From the NCBI GenBank assembly GCA_031285625.1, contig JAITVV010000056.1, positions 1-64,000 of the forward strand: a stretch of 64,000 nt of DNA, written 5' to 3'. The notes below the pieces were generated by a model. That model was not told the origin of the DNA, did not search any database, and worked only from the letters and a program-made list of their open reading frames with translations. Numbering within the stretch: the stretch's first letter is position 1; the number at the start of each line of letters is the position of its first letter. The position numbers were made by a program, and so were the translations under genes. Shown in pieces: positions 10,163 to 20,879 of this stretch. This stretch comes from Prevotella sp. GTDB taxonomy: Bacteria > Bacteroidota > Bacteroidia > Bacteroidales > Dysgonomonadaceae.

Positions 10163-10505
10163 CTGTATCAATTACAACTAACAAACTTATTATTAGATAA
10201 TTTTTATACTTAAAGACTTATCATCTCTTTCTAAAGTAAAGGTATAAAACTTTTAGTAGAATATTCAAATACAAACCTCTATTTATAAGCAGGTTTTAAT
10301 TTGAAAAAAGACAGAATAAATTCTTATAAAATAAATTTACTTATAATACGTTCTATGCATGTAGCCCACGTTTCAGATACTAAACATGTATACAAATGAT
10401 AAAATTAATAAACATTGTAATCTTTTTAAGATTTCTGCGACATATAAGGGGAAATAAGGAAATCGAATTATACGAACTTGACTAATATTAACAACTAACT
10501 ATTTT

Positions 10506-12851
10506 ATGAAATCGAAATTATCACGACGCAAGACCTGGGTACTATTCCTATGGTTATTCTCTCTCTTTTTAGCACCATCGATTGCTTATGCCCAGACTTA
10601 TAAAATCAGTGGTTCTGTTTTAGACTCACAAACAAAGGAAACATTAGTAGGAGTACCTATTATCATCAAAAACCGTAACGGTAGCGGAGTTTCTTCAGAT
10701 GAAAAAGGTAAGTACAGTATAACACTCCCCAAAGGTGAGTATACTTTGTATACCGAATATATGGGATTCGAGAAGAAGGAAATCAAAATATCACTCACAC
10801 AAAACATCAACCAAGATATAGAACTCACCCAAACCTCGATAGGATTGGGAGAAGTGATTGTTTCAGCCGAAAGGCCCGATGCAAATGTTTCCGCTCCACA
10901 AGCAGGTATTGAAAAGATGGAGATAAAACAGATAAATAAGATACCAGTCCTTCTGGGAGAACGTGATATTATAAAAACAATACAATTAATGCCCGGAGTA
11001 CAGGGCGCGGGAGAAGGTAGTTCCGGTTTTTATGTACGTGGAGGTAGTGCCGATCAAAACCTTATACTGCTAGACAATGTTTCACTATATAATGCGTCGC
11101 ATCTAATGGGTTTCTTTTCCACATTCAACTCGGAAGTATTACGTGACGTCACATTATATAAAGGGGCCATGCCAGCCCAATATGGAGAACGCCTAGCATC
11201 TGTATTGGATGTACAACAACGCAATGGAGATAACCAAAAATATCATGTTGCCGGAGGTATCGGGCTTATATCCTCCAATTTGAACGTAGAAGGGCCTATC
11301 CAAAAAGGGAAATCATCATTTCTTATAGGAGCCAGACGTACCTATGCAGATGCTATAGCTCGCTTATCAGGAATAGCAGATGCAAAAAATGCTTACCTGT
11401 ACTTCTACGATCTGAACATGAAACTAAACTTTGCCTTATCAGATAAAGACCAACTATCCGTATCGGGCTATCTGGGTAAAGATAAAATGGTACTGAAGGA
11501 TGCAGCCGAAACAAACTGGGGGAACCGCTTTTTAACAGTTAACTGGAACAGAACAATAAACAACAAATGGATTTCCAAAACCTCTCTAGCCTATAATCAG
11601 TATGATTATTATTTCGGGATGGAAGTAGGTATGGACCTCGATGGGGGAGCTAAAATTAAGGACTATACCTTCAAACAGGAATTTCTATTCCAGCCTAAGA
11701 AGGATAATGAATGGCGGTTTGGACTTAATTCCACCTATCACGATTTAGCGCCGGGAGATTACAATCTGGATTCAGATGAGCAAAAAAACTCAGTTAATCT
11801 GCATCACCGCTACTCTTCAGAGAATGCTATCTATGCATCCAATCAGATAAAAGTATCCGAAAATCTGGAGGTCATATACGGATTACGCTTATCTGCTTTT
11901 ATGGCATTAGGAAAAGGCGAGTACTACACAATGGATAGTCAGAATAATGTAACTGACAGTACATGGTACAAATCAGGAAAAGTGGTTAAAACCTATGTAA
12001 ACCTTGAACCCCGTATCTCTGCAGCATATAAGTTGAACAAAACCTCATCATTAAAAGCTGCATATGCACGTACAGTACAGAATATGCACTTATTGTCATA
12101 TTCAGCACAAGGAACTCCATACGACCGTTGGGCTTCAAGTTCAAATAATATCAAACCGGAAATAGCTGATCAGGTATCCCTCGGATATTTTCGCAATTTC
12201 TCCGATAATATGTTCGAATTCAGCATCGAAGGGTATTACAAGCAGATGAAAAACCTGTATGATTTTAAAGATAATGCCGATATTAACGGTTATGATGTGA
12301 TAGAAACGGAACTATTATCAGGCAAAGGAAGAGCGTATGGTATCGAGCTATCCTTGAAAAAACGACTGGGAAGGCTTACAGGATGGATCGGATATACCTT
12401 ATCCAAATCTGAAAAGAAAATTGACGGTATTAATGAAGGTAAGTGGTACAATGCATTTCAGGACAGAACACATGATATTTCTGTAGTTGGTATGTACGAA
12501 CTGAATAAGAAATGGACTTTATCTGCAGCATGGGTATTTTATACAGGAAATGCCATAACATATCCGAGTGGCAAGTATCAGATAAACGGAAAAGATGTAA
12601 TGTATTATACTGAAAGGAACGGGTACAGGATGCCAAATTACCATCGTCTCGACCTGGGAGCTACCTGTCAGCTCAAGAAAACAGCTAAATTCGAATCAGA
12701 GCTGGTATTCGGACTTTATAATGCATACGGACGCGAAAATGCGTATATGATACAGTTCCGTACAAATACTAAGAATCCGGAAAAAACAACAGCATATCAG
12801 TATTCATTATTTACATATGTTCCATCTATATCATGGAATTTCAAATTCTAA
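10506..12851 (+). CDS. TonB-dependent receptor
   Basis: Signal peptide, carboxypeptidase-regulatory-like N-domain, plug (VRGGSADQNLILLD), barrel ending in WNFKF. Confidence 0.92.
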   Translation: MKSKLSRRKTWVLFLWLFSLFLAPSIAYAQTYKISGSVLDSQTKETLVGVPIIIKNRNGSGVSSDEKGKYSITLPKGEYTLYTEYMGFEKKEIKISLTQNINQDIELTQTSIGLGEVIVSAERPDANVSAPQAGIEKMEIKQINKIPVLLGERDIIKTIQLMPGVQGAGEGSSGFYVRGGSADQNLILLDNVSLYNASHLMGFFSTFNSEVLRDVTLYKGAMPAQYGERLASVLDVQQRNGDNQKYHVAGGIGLISSNLNVEGPIQKGKSSFLIGARRTYADAIARLSGIADAKNAYLYFYDLNMKLNFALSDKDQLSVSGYLGKDKMVLKDAAETNWGNRFLTVNWNRTINNKWISKTSLAYNQYDYYFGMEVGMDLDGGAKIKDYTFKQEFLFQPKKDNEWRFGLNSTYHDLAPGDYNLDSDEQKNSVNLHHRYSSENAIYASNQIKVSENLEVIYGLRLSAFMALGKGEYYTMDSQNNVTDSTWYKSGKVVKTYVNLEPRISAAYKLNKTSSLKAAYARTVQNMHLLSYSAQGTPYDRWASSSNNIKPEIADQVSLGYFRNFSDNMFEFSIEGYYKQMKNLYDFKDNADINGYDVIETELLSGKGRAYGIELSLKKRLGRLTGWIGYTLSKSEKKIDGINEGKWYNAFQDRTHDISVVGMYELNKKWTLSAAWVFYTGNAITYPSGKYQINGKDVMYYTERNGYRMPNYHRLDLGATCQLKKTAKFESELVFGLYNAYGRENAYMIQFRTNTKNPEKTTAYQYSLFTYVPSISWNFKF

Positions 12852-12877
12852 GATTGCAGATCTCTCAATTATTTAAA

Positions 12878-13693
12878 ATGAAAAATTTTATGACTAATAT
12901 AATAAAGAAATACAGCCTTGCATTTTCAGTGTTATTTATCACTTTGATATTCTGCTCATGCGAAAAAGAAATAGATGTTGATCTAAAGACTGCGCCTCCA
13001 CATATCCAGATTGAAGGTCTCGTTAAACAGGATCAACTTGCCATGGTAAGAGTAAGCCATACTGTCGACTTCAACGATAATAGCGGATACCCTCTGCTAA
13101 AAGGGGCTATTGTAAAAATATCTGATGATGCAGGAAACTCTGAAATTCTGAAACAAGATAATACAGGGTGGTATGTTGCTGAAAATATGAAAGGTGTAGT
13201 TGGCCGGAAATATGATATGTCTGTGACATATGAGGGAAAAGAATATACTTCAACATCACAGATGCCTCCTCAGGTGAAACTCGATTCACTGACAATGTAC
13301 AAAATATTGGTAATGGATTACGCTCTGCCAATGATCCACTTTAAAGATCCGGTAGGTGTTACTAATCAATATTACAGATGTCTTGTATATATAAATGGGA
13401 AGCAACTTCCGGATATGAACGAATTGGTCCTCTCTACGGAGTTTATGGATGGAAGCCCTATTCATCAGTTCTTACCGGTCTTTACACACGATGATGATGT
13501 AGATCCTATAGAGCAAGATGACGAGATACTGATCGAATTCCAATGCTTAGATAAAGGGGCATATACTTTCTTTGAAACATTAAGCCGCATTGAGGAATCA
13601 CTGACAAACCCGACATCCAATATTACAGGAGGGGCTTTAGGCTATTTCTGTGCCTGCACTGTTGATCAAATGACAATTACTGCAAAGTGGTAA
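12878..13693 (+). CDS. DUF4249-like lipoprotein, partner of the TonB-dependent receptor
   Basis: Lipobox CSC-EKEIDV, IEG, GA.V.ISDD, NPTSNITGGALGYF; start 12878 or 12890. Confidence 0.8.
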   Translation: MKNFMTNIIKKYSLAFSVLFITLIFCSCEKEIDVDLKTAPPHIQIEGLVKQDQLAMVRVSHTVDFNDNSGYPLLKGAIVKISDDAGNSEILKQDNTGWYVAENMKGVVGRKYDMSVTYEGKEYTSTSQMPPQVKLDSLTMYKILVMDYALPMIHFKDPVGVTNQYYRCLVYINGKQLPDMNELVLSTEFMDGSPIHQFLPVFTHDDDVDPIEQDDEILIEFQCLDKGAYTFFETLSRIEESLTNPTSNITGGALGYFCACTVDQMTITAKW

Positions 13694-13709
13694 TAACCAT
13701 ATACTTCAT

Positions 13710-13739
13710 AAAAAGCTTCCTTACAAGGAAGCTTTTTTT
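13710..13739. terminator. Bidirectional intrinsic terminator
   Basis: AAAAAGCTTCCTT-AC-AAGGAAGCTTTTT. Confidence 0.85.
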
Positions 13740-13747
13740 ATTTCAAG

Positions 13748-14314
13748 TTACTTTTTAAGATTCAAACTGCTTTGCCTGGCCCATCTATTCGATGTAAAAA
13801 TGCCTTTTTTCTTATATCTGATATCTTCAACCAGATAAAATACATCCGGATCAAATGCTGAGATTATATCGACAACTTCCCCTAACGATTTACGCCCAAT
13901 CACAATCTCAACAATGTGTACTTGCGATACTGCTCCTTCCCCTTTTATAAAGGTTGCTCCAATATTACGTTTATTCAATGATTTGGTAAGTTCTGCCCCG
14001 TCTTTCTTTGTATACACCCGCAAAAGTTGATATCCAAAAGCAATCCTGTTCTCAACCAGAATACCAACATAGTTTCCTGCAGCATAACCCGCTGCGTATG
14101 CAAGATATGCAATAATACTATTTGCATGTGAAAATATCTGGGAGATAATCACAACCCATATGAATACCTCAACAAAGCCTACAATAGGCGCTTTATACCG
14201 TTCGCCCTTGGATACGAATATAATCCGCAATGTGCCTAACGTAACATCACAAATACGCCCAAAGAATATAACTATGGGTAACAACCATGGATAGGTTCCA
14301 AAAATCTCAAACAT
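13748..14314 (-). CDS. DUF2179/DUF5698 (UPF0316) membrane protein
   Basis: RICDVTLGTLRII, GFVEVFIW, YAAGYAAGNYVG. Confidence 0.85.
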   Translation of the reverse strand: MFEIFGTYPWLLPIVIFFGRICDVTLGTLRIIFVSKGERYKAPIVGFVEVFIWVVIISQIFSHANSIIAYLAYAAGYAAGNYVGILVENRIAFGYQLLRVYTKKDGAELTKSLNKRNIGATFIKGEGAVSQVHIVEIVIGRKSLGEVVDIISAFDPDVFYLVEDIRYKKKGIFTSNRWARQSSLNLKK

Positions 14315-14529
14315 ATTATTTCATTTATAAGATTATCTTCAACAGCATAAAGTTACAAAACAAATCGGTGAGATTCAAGTATATAATATTTCAAGCTCTG
14401 TTTATAACATTAAATAAGTTTCACATATTATGCCATGCAATACACCAATTAAAAAGCAAAGTTCACCATCCCTATTAAATCCTATTACTTATCTTTCTAT
14501 TTTTGCATTGATTGAATTATCCCTATAAT

Positions 14530-14866
14530 ATGAAAAGGACGATATCAGTTATATGCCTTCTAATTTTAGTACTTGTAAGATAAGAACAAGCGCTCAACAC
14601 AAAATGATAACAAAGCCTGAGAGAGCTGCGATATATCCAAATACAAGTATAGGGATAATGTGGCTGTCTCAGAAAAAGGATACGAAGGTGTAGTTGAAGT
14701 CTCTGATTCAAAAGCCTCCCCAATCTTACCCATCGAATATAAGTTAATATCTTATTTGGGTGATGATTTTTTTAAAATAGTACAAGATAGAGTAGCTAGA
14801 GTTGTAGATGCCGAAAACAATGTGATAATAACCTGTTCTGTCTCTAATAGTATAATATATTTATAG
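14530..14866 (+). pseudogene. Degraded secreted WG-repeat-like protein
   Basis: Signal-peptide-like MKRTISVICLLILVLV stops early; a downstream frame encodes RDNVAV..EGVV..ILPIEY..FFKIVQD..VVDAENNVII. Confidence 0.45.
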
Positions 14867-14919
14867 TGAAGACTATAAATGTTACCAAATAAAGCCACTA
14901 TGTTCTTCTATATCACTAT

Positions 14920-14991
14920 AAAAAAGAAAAGGTTGTCATCTCGACAACCAATCTTCATTGTTAACCTTAAATCTAATACTATGAAAAACAC
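14920..14991 (-). ncRNA. Stand-alone small RNA (resembles the Bacteroidales FopS-type paralogous sRNAs)
   Basis: Minus strand: TACCTTTG promoter (15003-14996), body GTGTTTTTCATAGTATTAGATTTAAGGTTAAC, terminator GGTTGTC-GAGAT-GACAACC plus U-tract. Confidence 0.7.
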
Positions 14992-15120
14992 ATTACAAAG
15001 GTAAGCCCCTGAAAGCAATCTTCCAAATAATAAAGAGTGTAATTTTAACAGTTTAAATTTGTTTAACTGAGACTACCTAAATGAGCCCAAAACTGTTAAA
15101 GAACCTTGCAGATTATAAAC

Positions 15121-15154
15121 AAAAAGAAAACGACACATTGAGTATCGTTTTCTT
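15121..15154 (-). terminator. Terminator of the pta-hbd-ackA operon
   Basis: AAGAAAACGA..TCGTTTTCTT stem with adjacent A-run. Confidence 0.6.
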
Positions 15155-15179
15155 CCAATTATGTATTTTAGATGATTTT

Positions 15180-16379
15180 TTATCTGTTCACTATCTCCAT
15201 TGTATCGGAGGCAATCATATATTCTTCATCGGTAGGAACCACCATTACTGTGACTTTAGAATCCGGGGCACTTATAACAGCCTCATCGCCATGAATCTCA
15301 TTATTTTTATCCAGATCAAGTTTGATACCCATATATTCCATATCATTGCAGACACCTTCACGAACCTGTGAGGCATTTTCTCCAATTCCACCTGTAAACA
15401 TAAGAATATCAACACCTCCTAAAACAGCAGCATAGCTTCCTACATATTTCTTAATACGGTGAACAAACATATCAAAAGCCAGGATAGCTCTTTCATTGCC
15501 TGCATTCATTGCTTCACGCAGTTCTCTCATATCCGACGATACACCTGATACACCCAATAGTCCACTGTGTTTATTTACCAAAGTAGAAATAGCCTGCGTT
15601 CCAATATTTTCTTTTTCCATGATGAAAGAAACAATCCCCGCATCCACATCTCCCGAACGAGTTCCCATGATCAGTCCTTCTACCGGTGTCATTCCCATAG
15701 AAGTATCAATAGACTTTCCTCCATAGATTGCAGCTAAAGACCCTCCGTTACCTATATGAGCAGTAATAATACGTTGTTTTTCATACGGAACACCTAATAT
15801 ATCACATCCCTTGCGCGAAACATACCTGTGGCTTGTTCCGTGAAAACCGTACCGGCGAATTGCATACTTTTCGTACAATGAATATGGTAATCCATACATG
15901 TATGCTTTTGGAGGCATGGTCTGATGATAAGCTGTATCGAAAACGCCCACCTGCGGCACATCACCCATCAGCTCTCTTACAGCATATATGCCTGCAAGGT
16001 TAGGCGGATTATGAAGGGGTGCCAACTCAATACATTCTTCCATTTTCTTTATCACCTCATCAGTGATATATACACTGCTATTAAATTCTTCTCCACCATG
16101 TACCACACGGTGTCCTACAGCATCTATTTCGTCCAATGACTTAATGCAGCCATACTTTTCGCTCATAAGAACACCCAGTATATATTCTATACCGGCCTGA
16201 TGTTCCAATATTTCTCCTTCGAGTACAACTTTATCGCCATTAGCCAGAGGAAACTTCAGAAACGAACCTTTTAAGCCAATTTTTTCAACTCCTCCTTGTG
16301 CCAGTACCTCTTTGCTCTCCATTTCGAAAAGCTTATATTTGATAGATGAACTACCACAGTTCAATACTAATATCTTCAT
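15180..16379 (-). CDS. ackA: Acetate kinase
   Basis: MKILVLNCGSSSIK, GHRVVHGG, APLHNP, RYGFHGTSH, PTDEE. Confidence 0.98.
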   Translation of the reverse strand: MKILVLNCGSSSIKYKLFEMESKEVLAQGGVEKIGLKGSFLKFPLANGDKVVLEGEILEHQAGIEYILGVLMSEKYGCIKSLDEIDAVGHRVVHGGEEFNSSVYITDEVIKKMEECIELAPLHNPPNLAGIYAVRELMGDVPQVGVFDTAYHQTMPPKAYMYGLPYSLYEKYAIRRYGFHGTSHRYVSRKGCDILGVPYEKQRIITAHIGNGGSLAAIYGGKSIDTSMGMTPVEGLIMGTRSGDVDAGIVSFIMEKENIGTQAISTLVNKHSGLLGVSGVSSDMRELREAMNAGNERAILAFDMFVHRIKKYVGSYAAVLGGVDILMFTGGIGENASQVREGVCNDMEYMGIKLDLDKNNEIHGDEAVISAPDSKVTVMVVPTDEEYMIASDTMEIVNR

Positions 16380-16380
16380 G

Positions 16381-17346
16381 TTAAATTAAATTGTTTGGTC
16401 CTATTATTTTACCTGAATCATCGTAAACATAAAATCCTCTCTTGGTGGATACTCCGAGTTGTTTAGATCTGAATAGCCTCCAAAGTACAGGAGTAGCTTT
16501 ATATTTCTTATCTCCATATTCATGAAACATATCTTCCATTAACATAACAAGCTTTTCAATACCCAGAATATCTGCTAATTGGAATATACCGAACCGTTGT
16601 CCGAAAATAATAGTAAATTCTTTATCAATATCTTCTATTGAAGCTATATTCTCCATCCATATCTGACATGCTTCGTTCAGCATGGTTATCATCATACGGA
16701 AACTCACAAGGCCACTGCTTTCGTGTACAGGTATTGCTGTATGCTTTATCATATGGGCAAAATGGAACACCTTATGTACAGCCTCATCGGATGTGAAAGT
16801 TCCACTTACCACTTCCAGTAAACGTGCATCTGTATGCGATACAGGGAAGTGCAAACTGATACAACGGTCTTTATATTTGAGATCAGCAGCCAGTTCACTG
16901 ATAATTACAGTGGTCGCATTGGTTGCTATAATAGCATCAGGAGCCAGTACTTGTTCCAGATTACGGAAAACTTCCTTGCGTAGTTCCGTGCTACGTTCTC
17001 CATCCATATCGTAACGGATGCACTCTATTACAAAATCGCAGTCTTTGAGGTCCCCATAATTAAGGGAACCTTTGATACGTCCCATTGTAGCACGTTTCTC
17101 ACTCTGGGTCAATCCCCAATTCTCTATTTTTGTATCCAGTCCGTTTTCTATGCTTTTAAATGCTGCATGGATTCTTTCATCTGAAACTTCAATAAAGATC
17201 ACTTCTATTCCTGATAGAGCCGTCAGGCCCACGATATGCCTACCATCTCTGCCGCAGCCTACAACACCGATCTTAGAGAAAAGAGATTTCTTTTTATGTT
17301 TTGTACTTAACCCATATTCCTCAATAGGTTCTATGATTTCTGCCAT
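16381..17346 (-). CDS. 3-hydroxyacyl-CoA dehydrogenase family protein (divergent)
   Basis: GVVGCGRDG Rossmann loop, CDFVIECI, ATNATT, LHF..LLEVV, LGVSTKRGFYVYD. Confidence 0.85.
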   Translation of the reverse strand: MAEIIEPIEEYGLSTKHKKKSLFSKIGVVGCGRDGRHIVGLTALSGIEVIFIEVSDERIHAAFKSIENGLDTKIENWGLTQSEKRATMGRIKGSLNYGDLKDCDFVIECIRYDMDGERSTELRKEVFRNLEQVLAPDAIIATNATTVIISELAADLKYKDRCISLHFPVSHTDARLLEVVSGTFTSDEAVHKVFHFAHMIKHTAIPVHESSGLVSFRMMITMLNEACQIWMENIASIEDIDKEFTIIFGQRFGIFQLADILGIEKLVMLMEDMFHEYGDKKYKATPVLWRLFRSKQLGVSTKRGFYVYDDSGKIIGPNNLI

Positions 17347-17365
17347 ATGTATTTTTGTTATTTAT

Positions 17366-18373
17366 TTACTTTTTTGCTGCTATAGCCTGATTAGCAGCAA
17401 TAGCCACCATATTATAGATATCACTCACCGAGCAACCTCTGGATAGGTCATTTACAGGAGCGGCCATACCTTGAAGGATCGGGCCCACAGCTTCAGCAGC
17501 ACCCAGACGTTGTACTAATTTATAAGCTATATTACCTACTTCAAGTGATGGGAATACCAGCACATTTGCCTGTCCTGCCACTTCACTTCCTGGAGCTTTT
17601 TGCTTACCTACCGATGCTACTAGAGCAGCATCTGCTTGCAATTCTCCATCGATCTTCATAGTTGGATCGATCTTTTGAGCCAATTGAGTAGCTTCGATAA
17701 CCTTATCTACCATCGCGTGTTTAGCACTTCCCTTAGTAGAGAAACTCAGGATAGCTACCTGAGGCTCCTCACCCACTAGTGCACGCGCTGTCTGTCCTGT
17801 AGCAACAGCTATTTCAGCCAGCTGTGAAGCCGTAGGATCGGGAGTTACTGCACAATCTGCAAAAAGGAGTAGCCCATCTTTGCCATATTGCTTCTGAGTA
17901 GTAAACATTAAAAAAGCACCTGATACCACACTGATTCCCGGTGCTGTCTTTATAATCTGTAATGCAGGACGAAGCACATCTCCTGTTGTATTTTTTGCTC
18001 CGGCTATCTCGCCATCAGCATCTCCATTTTTAATCATCAAACACCCAATATATAATGGATCTTCAGCTAATTTCGCCGCCTGTTCGATAGTCATTCCTTT
18101 TGACTTTCTCAGATCGAAAAGAAGATTTGTATAAATTTCTTTCTTTTCATAATTCTGAGGGTCCAGAATGATAGCCTTATCTATATTCTTCAGGTTCAAA
18201 TTAGCTGCAAGGTCTTTTATGTCCTTTTCAGCTCCGATAAGAATAATCTCGGCCACTCCATCTCGTAACAGCTCATCAGCTGCTTTTATAGTTCTTTCTT
18301 CTGTTCCTTCCGGCAATACGATACGTTGTTTATTCGCCTTAGCTCTTTCTACAATTTGTTTTATTAAATCCAT
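17366..18373 (-). CDS. pta: Phosphate acetyltransferase
   Basis: IVLPEG.EER, FADCAV, LSFSTKGSA, DGELQADAA, PVNDLSRG. Confidence 0.98.
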   Translation of the reverse strand: MDLIKQIVERAKANKQRIVLPEGTEERTIKAADELLRDGVAEIILIGAEKDIKDLAANLNLKNIDKAIILDPQNYEKKEIYTNLLFDLRKSKGMTIEQAAKLAEDPLYIGCLMIKNGDADGEIAGAKNTTGDVLRPALQIIKTAPGISVVSGAFLMFTTQKQYGKDGLLLFADCAVTPDPTASQLAEIAVATGQTARALVGEEPQVAILSFSTKGSAKHAMVDKVIEATQLAQKIDPTMKIDGELQADAALVASVGKQKAPGSEVAGQANVLVFPSLEVGNIAYKLVQRLGAAEAVGPILQGMAAPVNDLSRGCSVSDIYNMVAIAANQAIAAKK

Positions 18374-18518
18374 GATACGATATTTTGTGTTTCTTGTACG
18401 AAGACAGTAAAAAAGTCTCTGTTTCCAAATTCGAGCAAATGTAGTAAAAATTGCAAACTCTACTTTACATTTTAGGCTAAAATAATCTCTATAATGTGAA
18501 ATAAGTTAAAAAAACAAG

Positions 18519-19064
18519 TCATTTCCATTTCCAATCCAGTTTCTTCAAATAAGGTATCCTGGAATCCTCTTTATATTTTTCCAACTGATCACGAAATATT
18601 TTTATTTGCGAAATCTGACTTCTGGGAATAATTATATATATCTGGTTTATGATTATATAAAAATACTCTGCAGTCTCACTAATATATTCTATATCGCGAA
18701 CATTAAGACGCCTATGCCCTTTTTTGCTGTCGATTTCTATAACATCATTATCCAAGAAAAGTTTTATAAGATAAGGTAAATCATCTTTCATATTTTCTTT
18801 AACCTGTCTTTTATAAAATCTTTTGTAAAACCAGGCAGACCACCACTTATAAAGTATAAAAAACAAAAATGAAGATATAATGAGTATATATGCCCATACA
18901 CTTGATCTGTCATCAAATAACAAAACCACCCCAAACAAAAGAGACAAACCTGGTAAACGGATACGGTCCCTATTTCTTTGGCTCAAAAATTTATCACTCT
19001 GTGATGCGTAATAAAGCTGAAAATTGAGAAAATCTTTCTCGCTCAGGGAATAATTCAATTCCAT
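18519..19064 (-). CDS. YcxB-like membrane protein
   Basis: Two TM helices, then ETAEYFYI..IIIPR; ATG at 19064 preferred. Confidence 0.65.
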   Translation of the reverse strand: MELNYSLSEKDFLNFQLYYASQSDKFLSQRNRDRIRLPGLSLLFGVVLLFDDRSSVWAYILIISSFLFFILYKWWSAWFYKRFYKRQVKENMKDDLPYLIKLFLDNDVIEIDSKKGHRRLNVRDIEYISETAEYFYIIINQIYIIIPRSQISQIKIFRDQLEKYKEDSRIPYLKKLDWKWK

Positions 19065-19115
19065 ATATGATGATATAAAAGACTCCCACAACTTTTAAGT
19101 TATGGGAGTTTGTAG

Positions 19116-20144
19116 TTATGAATTAGCTGCTTTTTCCTCAGCTTTTTCTATAAAATATTTTAGTTTTTCTACCATATTGGAACTACCACAATAAAACGGC
19201 ACCCGTTGATGCAATTCGGTAGGTTGTAATTCAAGGATACGATTTTTTCCATCTGTAGCACTTCCTCCCGCCTGCTCTGTTATGAACGCCATCGGATTGC
19301 ATTCATATAGCAACCGTAGTTTTCCTTTTGGGGCACTATACGTTGAAGGATAAAAATAGATACCGCCGGTAATAAGGTTACGATGGCAATCCGAAACAAG
19401 GCTTCCGATATACCGCATCGAATACGGACGGTCATCCTTTACTTCCTGACAGTATTTTATATAATCTTTTACACCCTGAGGAAAATGTTCAAAATTACCA
19501 CTATTCACAGAATATATCTTTCCGTTTTTGGCACATCTCATATTAGGATGTGATAAATAAAAACTACCGATTGCAGGATTTAAAGTAAATCCGTTAACGC
19601 CTCTTCCTGTTGTATATACAATCATTGTAGAGGTACCATACAGTATATATCCAGCAGCAACCTGATTGACTCCCGGCTGTAAAAAATCATCCATGGTAAC
19701 AGGTGAGCCAATTGGAGATATACGGCGATAAATAGAGAAAATAGTACCTACCGAAACGTTCATTTCAATATTAGAAGAACCATCAAGAGGATCCATCAGT
19801 ACCACATACTTATTGTTGTGACCTTCATCAAGACCTTCAATAGTAATGAAATTATCGTTTTCTTCGGATGCAATACCACAAACTATCTCCCGGTTTACAA
19901 GTGTTTGTATAAATACATTATTTGCATATACATCCAGTTTTTTCTGATCCTCACCCTGCACATTGGTATTACCTGCTGCACCCAGTATGTCTACTAAGCC
20001 AGCCTTATTTACTTTATAGCTTACAACTCTGGCTGCAAGGAGAAGAGAGTTTAACAAACGAGAGAGCTCCCCTGTAGAATACTTAAAGTCTTCTTGTCTC
20101 TCAATAATGAATTCATCGAGCGTTTTTCTAGCAATGTCTTTCAT
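19116..20144 (-). CDS. fbp: Fructose-1,6-bisphosphatase class 1
   Basis: [41 protein letters not shown]. Confidence 0.97.
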   Translation of the reverse strand: MKDIARKTLDEFIIERQEDFKYSTGELSRLLNSLLLAARVVSYKVNKAGLVDILGAAGNTNVQGEDQKKLDVYANNVFIQTLVNREIVCGIASEENDNFITIEGLDEGHNNKYVVLMDPLDGSSNIEMNVSVGTIFSIYRRISPIGSPVTMDDFLQPGVNQVAAGYILYGTSTMIVYTTGRGVNGFTLNPAIGSFYLSHPNMRCAKNGKIYSVNSGNFEHFPQGVKDYIKYCQEVKDDRPYSMRYIGSLVSDCHRNLITGGIYFYPSTYSAPKGKLRLLYECNPMAFITEQAGGSATDGKNRILELQPTELHQRVPFYCGSSNMVEKLKYFIEKAEEKAANS

Positions 20145-20255
20145 GATATTATACTATTATTGTGTCCTTCAAAGATAAGAATTAAAAAATGATAAGATAA
20201 TTCAGATATCAAAAAATGATTTACTTTTGCGTCGCAAATCTAAATTGACATAAAA

Positions 20256-20630
20256 ATGAATCTTGCAGGATTATATACGATATTATTATTAATTGCGTCC
20301 AATATGTTCATGACTTTCGCATGGTACGGACATCTTAAAATGAAAGAATACTCCTGGTTTGCCGCCCTACCCCTCTTCGGAGTGATCCTTTTTAGTTGGT
20401 TCATTGCTTTTTTTGAATATTGTTTCCAAGTCCCTGCCAACCGCTTGGGTTATGAAGGTAATGGCGGACCATTTTCACTAATGCAACTCAAAATCATACA
20501 AGAGGTCATCACCCTCACTGTTTTTGTATTGTTTAGTACATTGGCTTTTAAAACTGAAACTTTCAAATGGAATCACGTGTTAGCCTTTGTTTTTCTCATA
20601 GCAGCAGTCTATCTGGTTTTCAAAAAATAA
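20256..20630 (+). CDS. DMT family (DUF486) membrane protein
   Basis: SNMFMTFAWYGHLK, EYCFQVPANR, QLKIIQEVITL. Confidence 0.9.
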   Translation: MNLAGLYTILLLIASNMFMTFAWYGHLKMKEYSWFAALPLFGVILFSWFIAFFEYCFQVPANRLGYEGNGGPFSLMQLKIIQEVITLTVFVLFSTLAFKTETFKWNHVLAFVFLIAAVYLVFKK

Positions 20631-20879
20631 GGATCGTAAAACATTAACATGCTGAATTAGTTGCATCTATATATGTTATAATTATTTAAAATAATTTTTA
20701 TCTATTATAGTGAAACTCCCTCTTTTTTAGGGTGATTCTGCTTATAACATGTTTTAAAACATAGCTACAATGCTGTTAAATAGTCCTTTTTTAAAGGATC
20801 GAAGGTTGTAGTACAATAAAATAAGTTTTATATTTGACGTCTATATCAGATAAATCTTATTTATTTTTACAATACACGC

